Positions 35,032 to 46,456 of a stretch of DNA of 46,456 nt are shown here, in pieces. A program made the position numbers and the translations under genes. Origin of the DNA: Vitrella brassicaformis CCMP3155 (Eukaryota > Protista > Chromerida); contig CDMY01000593.1 of assembly GCA_001179505.1 (NCBI GenBank), positions 1-46,456 of the forward strand, read 5' to 3'. Below the pieces are notes generated by a model. The model was not told the DNA's origin. It was given only the letters and a program-made list of their open reading frames with translations, and ran no database searches. Each line of letters begins with the position of its first letter. Positions within the stretch are counted from its first letter, which is position 1.

Positions 35032-35753
35032 GTAAGGCCAGCAGCCGGTCGGTGTGCGTGTGTTGTGTGTGTGGTGCTGTGCTGTGATGGCTGGAGGGTG
35101 GGATGGAGAGTGGGGAGAGAGAGATGTCTGTCTGGCTGCATAGGCATATGGTCTACAAAAAGTGGGCCTGGCTTGCATTGCACTCACTGTTCATCTTTCT
35201 GTCTGTATCCATCTTCATTCGCTCGGCTGCTGCGTGTGTACTAAGGGAGCGAGTGAGTGAGTGAGTGAGTGGGTGGGTGAGCGCATGACTGACTGCATGC
35301 GCTACGTGCCGGTGTAGTTGCAGCCCAGGTGTCGATGTGTGTGTGTTGTGTTTCGTACTACCCTTGTAGCCCTCACAGATGGATGGCTATACCATCCCAC
35401 CCACACGCATTTATATGATGGATGATACCCACCATATCTTTTTCAAGGACTGATGCCTGCCTGCCTGTCCTGGCACAGTCCCGTGGCACATACAAACCTG
35501 GACGTGGGGGTTCTCCAAAGAGGAGAGGCATCCGTCCGTCCGTCAGACAGCCGATGAAAGAACGAATGAATGAATGAACGAAAGAGGAGGAAGCTTCCTT
35601 CCACACATCGATCGCAGTGATAGCACACATGCACTTTCTATCTACAGCATGGATCGTGAAATGTATGTACCATCAGGCAGTCCATCACATAGCCCGCACC
35701 GTGCCATCCTGTTCACACAGCTGGGTGTTAGTTACACCAACACACGAAGGCCG

Positions 35754-36362
35754 TCACATCTTTGCGAGGCCCATCAAAATGACGCCCGCCGACTGTAGCG
35801 TTATGGCTGGTACACACACACGCACACAGAGAGAGGGAGAGGGAGGGAGATGACAGGTGAGCATCGATCGGTGGGTGTGCATACCAGTCCAGAAGCAGAC
35901 CACGTTCACTTTGCCGTGGATCTCCTTGAAGACGAAGAAGGCAATTAAGGCAGCCACCACCACCTGCATACGCACACACGCATCCACCAAAGAATCAAGT
36001 CCGTGTGCAGTGCACCTACACGCGTAAGCATTCCCTCCCTCCCATGTCATGTATGGCATGGCATGTGTACCTACGTACCGGTCCGATTGCACAGAGGATG
36101 TAGCCAAAGGTGTAGCCAAGCCGGGGAAGCACCAGCAACTGACCTGGTGGAGCCAGCCATACACACACGCACACTCATCCATCTGTCCATCCATCCATTC
36201 ATCCCTCTGTGAAAGCGTACATGCGTTTCCGACGGCCCAAATGACCCCTGCCAGCCACGCGGGTCGGATCACAGTGTGCGGCACCCTCCTGCTCTGCACC
36301 AGCGCCACGGCCGTGTACAGCAGATACAGCAGCTGCGCCGTCGCGTAGATGCCCAGCACCTG

Positions 36363-36395
<33 letters not shown>

Positions 36396-37319
36396 GGATG
36401 CAACACCACACGTGGCCATGTGTATGTTTCAGCAGTGCAGCCTCCCTCCCTCCCTCCGTCCCTCCCTCCCACGCACATGGGAGAGCATGAACCCCAGTGA
36501 GTCTCTGGTGGTGAGAGCTTTTCGCTTGTGCATCCAGATGTCGTACGGCAGCATATTCAGACCAGCTGTGAAACCTGTTAGTTAACATACACACGACACG
36601 CATGCATCCGTGACCTGACTGACCATATATTCACTTACTGTGTCTGTCCTACCACCCACCCACCCACACACTTACCAGCCATGACTCCAACCGACACCCC
36701 CCAGACCTTCCCCCAGTCTAACCGCCACCTGCACACACAACACACGGGACGCAACACACATCACGCCACAGACAGGTCATAGATGACATGTACTGTGGCG
36801 ATGCGTGCCTCGTGGGACTCTGATCTGGCAGATCGTCCCTGTGGTTGTCCACATGGCCGTGTGGGTGGGGCATCCACTTGTCCCTATCACCTGCACACAC
36901 ACACACACAACATCTCAGCAAGATACGGATGAAGGATCGTACACACGCACCGATTGGAAAGTGGGAGTGTCCCTCTTTCCCCGTCAGGGCCGTCCGCAGC
37001 ACCGGCGATGCCGCACCGCCGTCGGACATGGGGTTGGCGCCATTGGCCATGGTGGTCATGTCGACAGTGGTGGCGCTTCGCTGGTGCTCCTCGATCAGCG
37101 GATCTACCAGCTGCTGCTGCTGCTGCCGCTGTTGCTGCGCTGACTGGGGCATTGCCGGCATCGGCATTGGGTGGTCGAACGTCTCGAGTCGCTTCATTCT
37201 GTTTCTCTCGAGTGCGGGCTCAACGACCAGAGTGAACAGGAAGGACAGCAGCAGAAGCGCCAGGCCGACATCACTCAGCCACGGAACCCTTATCGTCTCC
37301 TTTGGAGCACCCAGGAAAC

Positions 37320-37352
<33 letters not shown>

Positions 37353-37891
37353 CGCACACGTTGAATGTCCAAATGCGCCATTGGTCGATCGCTGACCGAC
37401 CGACTCTGCCGACGAGGAATCCGATGAGCAGGTTGACAGCGTGGTAGAGCGTGAACCCCAGCCCCAGTCCAAGGAACCTGACGGTGGGCAGCACCAGGTA
37501 GTTGCTGACACCCCAGAAGGCACCGCCCAGCAGCCCCGGCAGCAGAATCGGCAGCGGGAAACCTGTGAATGAATGAATGAATGGATCTGCGTTTGTTTGC
37601 ATCTTAGCTCAGCTGAGGGTTTTCTCACTCACTTAGGCACAGGTTGATGATGAATCCTGTGATGAGGATGCCGCCTGCCATGTGGTATTGGAACAGGCTG
37701 CCGTCGTGGATCTCGTACTTCTTCACCTGCAGACAGACAGGCGCAAAGGAAGGAGCAGACAGACAACCACACACACACACATGAATGAATGATCTCGGTG
37801 CTCGTCCATGGAGGGCGCGGCTTACTGGGACGTATTGGATGCCAAACATGACGCTTGCAAGCAGCCCGAGCAGCAAACCAACACCGTCCAT
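35754..37891 (-). CDS. TMEM144-like (CEO/DMT superfamily) multi-pass transporter; N-terminus may extend to ~38100
   Basis: MFGIQYVPV|KKYEIHDGSLFQYHM, LLGGAFWGVSNYLVLPTVRFLGLGLGFTLY, WLAGVIWAVGN and AFFVFKEIHGK match the TMEM144 pattern. Confidence 0.88.
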
Positions 37892-38285
37892 GAGTGGGAG
37901 TGAACCACTGCTTTGCGGGCCCTCAGATCCGTCGGTTTCGACTCTCGATGCTGCGTGTGTGTCACTGACTGGGCAATGCACACCCGGCGTTGTCGACAGG
38001 ATGACTGCCGTCGCCGGTTCGTCGCAGTTCGTCGTGCCTTCTCGCCTGCTGTGTTGGTGAGAATGACGCAGCCGACGACCACAGCTCACGACCTGCAACA
38101 TCGTCAAGAGCATGAATCAAATACATAAGAAGCCGCTAAGAAGGGACGGAGATGTGTGTGAGTGTGTCTGTGTCGCCACAGACCGCAAACCTGCTTGTGA
38201 AGGAATTCGAGCGATCCGAAATGCGAGCATGACGGAGCTCGGCACAGTGACTGTGACAGATCTGTGCTTCTCCATGCGTTGAACG

Positions 38286-41200
38286 ATGCCAGAAGACCCC
38301 GAGAACGCCTCACCTGCACCAGTCGCTGCTTCCGCGCCAGCGCGAGAAGCAGCGCTCCACGCCGTAGTTCGCTCTCAGCTGGACGCCCTCCAGAACACGG
38401 CGGATGCCCTCACGCTCGTCAAGACCACGCAGGAGGCCATCCAGACATCGATAGTCCAACTGCGGGAGCTGTTCAAGGCGTCGCCAGCATCGGAGAGACC
38501 AAGAGCGCGGACCCTCGCGCCACAGCTGCCCACTTTGACGCGCCGGGTGGCCCGCGCGCCGAGTGCCCCGTCAGCTGATGTCCCTGGTCCTGCGAATGGC
38601 TTCAAACAAGCTCCGTCCGCTGGGATCAGGCAGCGGAGCATCACTATCAATGGCATCGGCGCCACCCACCCCACGGCGGCCTCTACGCCCGACACGGGCG
38701 ATGAGGAGCACCCGGCTCTACAGGATGCGCCTTACAGTCGGGCGTTGGGTACTCGGACGGAGAGTGTGGCGTCATACGAGTCGAGCACCGAGGGCGAGGG
38801 CGCCTTGAGGGCCTTTTGTCGGCATTACTGGCAGGGAATACTTGAACCTAGGATGCCCGTGGAGACCTGGGAAACCGCCAAAATGCTTCGGTGAGTCAGT
38901 TTGCTCGTGTGCCACACAACACGTGGGTTGGGTGGACGTGTGTGTGTGAACCAATTGACGGCTGTGTGTGATGTGGTTGTGATGTAGGAAGGGGAACAAG
39001 GTGTTGGCGGTGTGGGCGCGTTTGGCGGGCCTGTCGTTCATTCCCGACGACGGCGTCTTCCTGCTCGTCATCTATCCGCTCATCATACAGCTTATTCTGT
39101 GAGGAGGAGGAGGAGGAGGAGGAGGAAAGCCACACACTCTGTCTGTGTTTGTCTGTATGTGTCTGTGTCTGTGTCTGTGTGTGGTGGTGTGGTGTAGCTG
39201 GCACAGCGCAGTGATGGGCATCATTTCGTTCACATCGTCCGTCATTGGAGGCTCAAAGGTGAGCGCACAGACAGACAGACAGACACACAGACACACAGAC
39301 AGGCAGCTGGCTGCACACGTGCATAGTGAGTGAGCGCGTGTGGTGCGATCACTGCAGGTCATGATACAGGCGGGCGACCCTGTGGTTCAGTTCCTCTTCT
39401 TGATACTCATGTTTGCCATCGCACTCAGTTACACTGTCCTCAGGGCTCAGTGGGTCACCAGGTACACACACACACAGATGGACATGGACATGTTGACTGG
39501 CACAGGCCATGTTGACTAACTACCATCTGGTGTGTGTGTCAGGGGCTACACCTTTCTGTCTGCGGCGACGTTCGTCCTAGAGAATGGTGTTGACTTGGCG
39601 CGGAAGGTCAAGGGCATGGCGCGTGTGCGCTTCGCGGTCTGCCTGTCGTTTGCATTCCTGTGCACACTCGTCGTTATCGTCTTCAACCAACAGGTGCGGT
39701 GGATGGGTTGGCAGATAGACAGACACGTTCGTGTGTGTGTGTGTGTGTGTGTGTGTACGTGTCCATGTGTATCTGTCGCTGTGTGTGTGCAGGTGTTCGC
39801 CACTTTCATATTTGTGGAGAACGGCAGCTTCGCGTGGAAGGTGTGTGCGTGTGTCTTTGCGCGCGTGTGCATACTGACTGATTCATGCATTCAACAGGAG
39901 CATGCCATGCCATGCGGCCGGCGTGTTTGCCTTTTGTCTGTCTGTCTGTCTGTCTGTGTGTGTGCAGGTGAACGTGTGGATCTCTGTGGTCCTCGGGCAC
40001 TTTTTCGGCCCCTTCTGCGGGCTGACTGTGGCGGGCATCATGGCCGACATATGCGACATTCACTCTGCAACTGTCAACGTAAGTCAGCACAGCACACACA
40101 AGATGATAGAATGACGCACACGCACGCACTGCACACGTGTGGTCTGCAGGTGTTGCTTCGAAGGCTGACAGAGCGGGCGCAGTCTAAGAACAAGACCAAG
40201 ACCAAGACCAAGGCCCTCGACGCCTATCAGCTGATCGCACTGCACCGCAGGTACGCACCCGCATTGCACCCACAACCATTTTCCCTCACTGAACACATGT
40301 GTGTGTGTGTTTGCGTATGTGTCTGCAGGGTGGATGGCTTCCTGGTCCGCAGCGCACGAGTGTAAGCCGACAGGCAGACAGACAGACAGACAGACAAGAC
40401 AGCCAGAGCACCTTGACTGACGCGGCAAACGGTCACCTCTGTCCCTGTCATTCATTCTTCATCTGTATCTGTGTTGTGTTGTGTTGGTTGTGTTTAGGTT
40501 GGAGCTGCCAATCACCGTGCAGACGACCCTGTTCTTTGTGTGCTTCCTCACCTGTGCCTTCATCCTCATCTTCCACAAGGGGCGGGGCAGCACTGGCGAC
40601 CCGGAGGAGGACGCAGAATCCGTCGCAGTCTACCATGTCGCACCGGTGAGTCAGTGAGTCTGCCTTGCCTTGACTCACACAGAGAGAGGCATTCATAGTG
40701 GTGTGTTTTGTTTGTGTCGCTGGCTGGCTGGGTGAATGGGATGGATGGGATGGGTGGCTGCAGCTGGTGATCTTTGTGGCGGTGTCGGTGGCCAATTATT
40801 GGATTTTGTCGTCCTCATCTGGCGTCACGATGCGGTGCAGACGGCTGCCCGTCATCGCATCACTCTCGTGCAGGCAGGCAACACACCAACCGACCCTTTT
40901 CCCCCTCCCCTCCCCTCCCCCTACCGCACCACACCACAAACACGTTCATTCGTTTGATGCCTTGATGCAGATCCCCTCGGCCGCCGTCACTGGGCACCAC
41001 GCCTCCCGGCTCTCGACCCGATGACGCCAACGTCCATTCGCCCCCGTTGCTGCGCTCCCGCACCCTCACCAAGGCCGACGCCATTCGCGAGAAGCTCGAC
41101 GTCATTCAGGAGGAGGGCATCGTGGCCAGCAGCAACCTCGACATCCTCGAAGGTCGGGCGGCCAAGAGCGAGGAGGTGCGCAAGGCAACGTGGTGGCGGA

Positions 41201-41991
41201 TAATGAAGGGGCTCTTCCCGAGCAAAAGTGAGCGGCAACAGCAAAAGCGGCGCGTCAGGTCCATCGACATCGAGTGGCGCGAGATGGCCACCAGGGACAA
41301 CTACGACACAGACAATGATGGGGCGGACGACGGTTGCCAGCTCCCCCCCGCCGAGACGCCGGTGGCAGCCGTGAGGGTGGCCTCTTCCAAATCGCTGGCC
41401 AGCATTCTGGTCGACCATCTGCCGCTGGGCCCTCCCGGCGTCAGCGAGGCCGAGACTCGCCCATCCACCACTTTGAGGTCTATGTCGCGGCAGAGCACTG
41501 AAGAGAGCAACGTGGCGCCCTCTAGGGGAGGGGGTGCTGGCGCTGGCGGGCTGGGAGAAGAGGCGGCTCGGCAGTATGTCGACGACGTGGCCGAGCAGCT
41601 ACTGTTGATTCAGTACTTTACGGCTGCAAGTGAGTGAGCCGATTGAGATATTTGAGGCCGGACGCACGCGCTCACTCACGGAGACAGACCATTTAGAACT
41701 GATTGTTTGCATTTTTCTGTGTCTGTCGATGTGCCAGATTCAGGCTGGCGGGTTTATGATGTGTTGGTGACGACAGACCTCACCGGGCGTGTCCTGTAAG
41801 CTTGCTTACTCACAAGCCAGCACAGCAGCCGACTGACATTTCCCTCCCTCCCTCCCCAGCAGCTCTGGCTGGTTTCCTGAGGCATGCATTACATACATTA
41901 GGTGATGTGTGTGTGTTCCTGCAGGTACGGTATCCTGACGGTGCTTGCATTCGCCCTACAGAGGACGGTTTTCACGGATATGTACTCCTAG
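38286..41991 (+). CDS. Gustatory-receptor-like (GRL)/DUF3537-type 7-TM ion-channel superfamily protein (~14 exons)
   Basis: Seven spliced hydrophobic segments with a long N-terminus and a long loop before TM7. The C-terminus QLLLIQYFTAANSGWRVYDVLVTTDLTGRVLYGILTVLAFALQRTVFTDMYS* matches the GR/DUF3537 TM7a-TM7b pattern. Confidence 0.8.
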
Positions 41992-42700
41992 ATAGATAGA
42001 GAGCTTCGTGTGCAGCTGACTGACTGACTGACACAGGACAGACAGACAGACAGACAGACAGACAGAGAGGGGGCGGGGCTGGCGGAGAGGGAGGGGAGAG
42101 GTGTCTTTACGTGTCTAGTGTAGTGTTCCGGCGTGTGAATGAGATTCGCGCAGAGGGGAGGGTGGGTCTATGGATGAGTTCACACATACATACATACGCA
42201 CACACGGGTCCATGTGTGGATGACATGGCTCTACGTCCGAGAGGCCGTTTCTCGGTAGCTCTGTCGATTGCTTTGGGTCGTTCGTTTCTTCACTCACTCA
42301 GCTTTCCTTTCCTTTCCTTTTTCCATCTCACGGGCTTCTTCCTTCCCATATGCGTGTGTGATGTTGTGTGGCGTCAAGTGAGGTGAGGTACTCGTTGGTT
42401 GTGTTGCTGTAGTTCGGTAGGTACGGTAGGTACACATGGGCAAACAGCTAGGGAGTCAGGCTTGGGTGGGTGGGTGAGGTAGTCTGTAAAGCTTCGATGC
42501 ATGTGGATCAGGTCAGGTGTGGCTGGCTTTGTAGAGGGAGGAAGGCTATGCCCACCCCGTATGTGCTGCATGGCCGGCATGCATGGCATGGTGGGGAGCA
42601 TCAGAAAGAACGCTCACTCGACTCGTGCAGTCCAAGGAATATAAGTCTCTCACGTCCATTCATTCCATGGATGAGTCCAAATGTGGCCTCACGCGAGCCA

Positions 42701-43000
42701 NNNNNNNNNNNNNNNNNNNNNNNNNNNNNNNNNNNNNNNNNNNNNNNNNNNNNNNNNNNNNNNNNNNNNNNNNNNNNNNNNNNNNNNNNNNNNNNNNNNN
42801 NNNNNNNNNNNNNNNNNNNNNNNNNNNNNNNNNNNNNNNNNNNNNNNNNNNNNNNNNNNNNNNNNNNNNNNNNNNNNNNNNNNNNNNNNNNNNNNNNNNN
42901 NNNNNNNNNNNNNNNNNNNNNNNNNNNNNNNNNNNNNNNNNNNNNNNNNNNNNNNNNNNNNNNNNNNNNNNNNNNNNNNNNNNNNNNNNNNNNNNNNNNN
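42701..43000. other. Assembly gap (300 N)
   Basis: Run of N. Confidence 1.
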
Positions 43001-43012
43001 ATATATATCTTT

Positions 43013-44165
43013 TCATAAAGCCATCTGTGTGAGCAGCGGCACGTCAGTCATGTCGCTCAATCTCTCAAGGTACCGCCCGAGGGACGACGGCATCTGAACG
43101 CCCCTTATCAACGTCAGCCCCCGTAACCGCGAGAAGAAGAAGATGTCATCGTAACTCAGGCCGTGACCCGACACGTGCTGCTCCGACGCAATCAGCCCCT
43201 CAACCCCTCTCAGCGCCTCGTTCAGCTTCCTCACTGATTGTCGCTGTCAGCAAAATAGTACTCGTAGGTCAGGTCCCGGTGCTCCTTGGGCAGGCTCGCC
43301 CAGTCGGCCTTGGACAAAGTCTCGCCGCTCTCAGGATCCTGCACACACGGTCATGGCCATCCATTGGTATGAGAGGGGTGCGGTGCATCAGATCATCAGG
43401 CCTGCTTACGGGCAGCGGGTGTGTCGTCACGAACCTCTCCCGGGCGCTCTGAGATCGGAACTCAGGCAGCACTGCCGACCTAATGTAGCGAGGCCGTCCG
43501 AGGTTGCGCATTGGCGATGAGATGCTCTTGATCCATGAGTCGATGTCGGATCTATCGGTTGCCGGCTTGAGCACCGGAGGCCCGTACCTACCGTCGTTCT
43601 CGACTCGCGCAATGATGTCAAGAGACTCAGCCTGCACACACGCGGTGCGGTCATTCCATCCAGCAGCACCCCAGCCAGACACATGGCATCCACCCCCTCC
43701 GTCCGTACCATTGCAGGCTCATTTGGGAACTGGACGATGGGCGTAATCTTCTTACCCACCAGCTCCATCGCTGACGACCAAATCAATCATCGATGAGTTC
43801 AGCGATTTGACTCAACAAAACACATACACCCCTGACAGCAGAGACTCAGCGAGGAAGCCTCGTCGTCGCTCCCCTTACGTGTTTCTGCATCATCCTCCGC
43901 CACCCAAATCATCCTGTAAGGCACCTTCTTGAGGCCGAGAGCCATGCGGCAGCGCAGCGTATAGTGGCTATGCTCGTACCCGAATCTGCAGCAAAACAAA
44001 AGCACGGGATCTAACAGCCAGCCATCAGTCGAGGCGTTCGTTCTACGGTAGTACTTCTACCTACAGGCGTGGCGCGCCAGGCGGCATGTTCTCGAGGCCT
44101 GGCGTGAAGGCGAGAGCGAGAGCGAGGGAGGGGAGAACCATGACAAACACGAAGGCGTCCATCAT
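43013..44165 (-). CDS. grxB-like: Glutaredoxin-2 (GrxB)-like GST-fold protein with an N-terminal signal peptide and a non-canonical active site
   Basis: LFGYEHSHYTLRCRMALGLKKVPY..EDDAET..MELVGKKITPI..AESLDII..LPEFRSQSARERF..LSYDDIFFFSRLRGLTLIRG..LLTQMAL* is colinear with E. coli GrxB from start to end. Confidence 0.92.
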
Positions 44166-44656
44166 ATATATGGGGAAGGTGGATCGGCTTCCCCTTTAAG
44201 CTCGTGAATGGCCAGGAATCGCCGCTGGTGATTTTCGGGCATCACAGTCAGCCGCAGAGGTCACGGAGCATTTGTCCGGGGATCAGCAGCCGTCAAGTCA
44301 ACAAGTCCCACCTTTCCTCTGCACTACGGCATGCCAACCGCCGTCCTACAGGGCCCACCGTAGCCAAGGGCCCTGAATCGAATCACACGCCCGCGGCCCG
44401 CCTAGTAAGTAAGTACACAACGCACAGCACACACACATCTATCTATCTGTCTGTCTGTCTATCGACAACAGAAAAACTGCAGACCGACACCTCCGCTCCT
44501 GCAGGCTGCCCTGGTGCGGTGGATGCCATGCGCACGCGACACCACACCAGCCATAAAGGCAAACAAATAAATACAGCCACAGAAGATTAGATTGTCCGTC
44601 TGTCTGGGCGCACGAACCGAAGGCATGAAAGGATCAGATAGAAAAAGGACTGTCGT

Positions 44657-45993
44657 TCACTCGCCGATGGATCCACCATGGGTGTTCTCATCACTGCTGC
44701 CGGCCTGCCTCAGTAGCCGCCGCTGTGCTGCTGCTGCTGGGCCCACGTAGCACAGCTCACCAGGAGGCACACAAATGCCCAGCGACCGATTGCAACACAC
44801 CAATCCTAATACAAACGACACACAACGATACAGCGCACAACGATACAGCGCACGTCTACACACATGGGGAGTCTGTCTGTCTGTCTCTCTGTCTGATCGC
44901 TCACACACACACATACCGTAACTGCACACGGTGCCTTCTCCGCAGTCGTGTGGCCCCGTCATAGCCATCGGCCCCGTCGCGGATGTCTCCGCCAGGCCAC
45001 ACATGAGGTAACGGTCGCAGGGGTCCTCGCGGCACTTGTCTGGGCAGATGACGGGAGGCGCCCTGTGGCACTGGCTGCACCGCAGCTGACACTCGCGGGG
45101 CATGCCGATGCAGTACGACGCGTCATGAGCTGCACGCATGAATCAGCACAACAGACAGGGCTTAATGAATGGCCAGGGGCGAGTGTGGTGTGTTGGACGC
45201 TCTCCTTCGTGCCTACGTCGGTCCTCCACCGGCGGTCTTGGCCCCTCTGCTGCAGCAGGTGGACCGATTTCTCCCTCTGCCGCCCCCCCAGTAGCAGCTG
45301 GTCTCCCCTGCCGGCTCGGTGCATCGTTCGTGGCATTGCTGTTGCTGCCGGAACTCATGGGCGCCGACACCCTCTCATCCCCCCTATCGCCAGCACTATC
45401 ACCTGCGCCTCCTTGGCCTTCGCCTACCACGGTCCACTCGCCGTTATCAGCAAAGGTCGAGCTGCCACCGCCACCAGGGGCAGGGAGGACGCCACTCGGT
45501 GGCGGTGACGTCACGTCAAAGCCTTCATCTCGTTGCTGCAGCATCCTCTCTCTCCGTTGTCGGCGGACGGAGTCGGTGAAGGTGTGTGTGTACGTGTCGA
45601 TCTCGATGCTCGTGGCGGCCTGGATGGGCGAGGCCATGTCGTCAAACACTAGGTCAGGGTCAGCGTAGAGCTCCAGACAGGGCGCGTAGCCGATGCACTC
45701 GCGGCACTCGGGGTGGGCATAGCACGGGTGCAGAAAGGCCGGCAGGGGTGGGGTCGGCTGCGGGGCAGAGAGGTCACACATGGAGGTGCAGTCGTCGCAT
45801 TGGGGAGGCACACGCCCGCAGTCCAACACCTCCGCTGATGACACAACTGCAGGCACCAAAGACTACCAATACAGTCACAGGCAGACGATGTGCAGTTCCA
45901 CTGCCCTGGTTACCTACCGTGCGACGAGCAAACCACCAGGAGGAGTACAGGAAGACAACATCGAGAAACAAGCGAGGAGATGTGGTTCTTCAT
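44657..45993 (-). CDS. Secreted Cys-rich protein with two Cys clusters separated by a Gly/Ala/Pro-rich linker (4 exons)
   Basis: SP MKNHISSLVSRCCLPVLLLVVCSSH; cluster 1 CGRVPPQCDDCTSMC..CYAHPECRECIGYAPC; cluster 2 CIGMPRECQLRCSQC..CPDKCREDPCDRYLMC..CGEGTVCSYG|LGICVPPGELC. Confidence 0.72.
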
Positions 45994-46456
45994 TGCGATT
46001 GGTGCAGGCCCTCCCGGTGCTTCACAGCACTGCGATAGATAGATACTGGAGATGCGATAAATGCGATAATGGCCTTTTTGGATGAGTGTGAGAGATCTCC
46101 TCCTGGGCCGCGATCCACTCAGGCGAGCTTGGCGCGCAGACGGAGGAAACTAGCACGAAGGTCTAGGGTTTGGGGAAGAATAAGGGAAGGAAAGCAACGT
46201 ACCGGGAACACGCCACCGGAACCTCGAGGGGCATGCAATACATGAAGCGTCGACAGCCCTTCAAAAGAGCCGTCTATTCCGAGACACAAGACAAGTCAGC
46301 ATGTACATTAACATCATGAACAGACACGAGAGCTGTTTATTCAGACACACAAGACACGCCACTATGTATAACACTACCATCATGGACAGACCCGCGAAAG
46401 CAGACACGCACTGCTTCTCTATTCAAGTCAAACTGTCTGGGGAATAGCATTATGAA

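Noticed and set aside
40865-40885. GC-AG intron in the GRL gene
   Set aside because: A canonical GT donor (TC|GTGCAG) gives the required phase, so no non-canonical site is needed.
44821-44850. 15-nt tandem repeat CACAACGATACAGCG x2
   Set aside because: Intronic slippage duplication with no sign of function.
1-46456. Intact transposon, retroelement, viral genes, rRNA or tRNA
   Set aside because: No reverse transcriptase, integrase, DDE, Rep or capsid motifs and no recognisable structural RNA were found by eye.

Overview
Eukaryotic, GC-rich and very intron-dense draft-assembly DNA with four 300-N gaps. Introns are short GT-AG units filled with (GT)n, (CTGT)n and (GGAT)n microsatellites. Style and gene content suggest the chromerid alveolate Vitrella brassicaformis (inference only). 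Most ORF-track entries are artefacts of intron read-through or microsatellites, so genes were rebuilt by hand from splice sites. About 15 genes are present, mostly as head-to-head pairs: a secreted LNR-EGF-TSP1 protein, a small 4-TM protein, a METTL7-like methyltransferase, a disrupted membrane-protein gene, a secreted coiled-coil protein, a large polytopic membrane protein, a beta-hydroxyacid dehydrogenase, a type-I membrane EGF/F5-8C-like receptor with a tandem unassigned module, a KH protein with a probable NARG2_C-like domain, a triple pRiA4b-ORF3 (MM3350-like) protein, a lipocalin, a TMEM144-like transporter, a GRL/DUF3537-type 7TM channel, a GrxB-like protein and a secreted Cys-rich protein. 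The best candidate for an undescribed system is the gene at 28583-33874. It encodes three tandem prokaryote-type pRiA4b ORF3 domains with a shared intron position, plus a chromo-like C-terminus and four SUMO-consensus motifs, and lies only 72 bp head-to-head from the lipocalin gene. No rRNA, tRNA, CRISPR array or intact transposase was recognised. All family assignments are from motif recall, not from searches.
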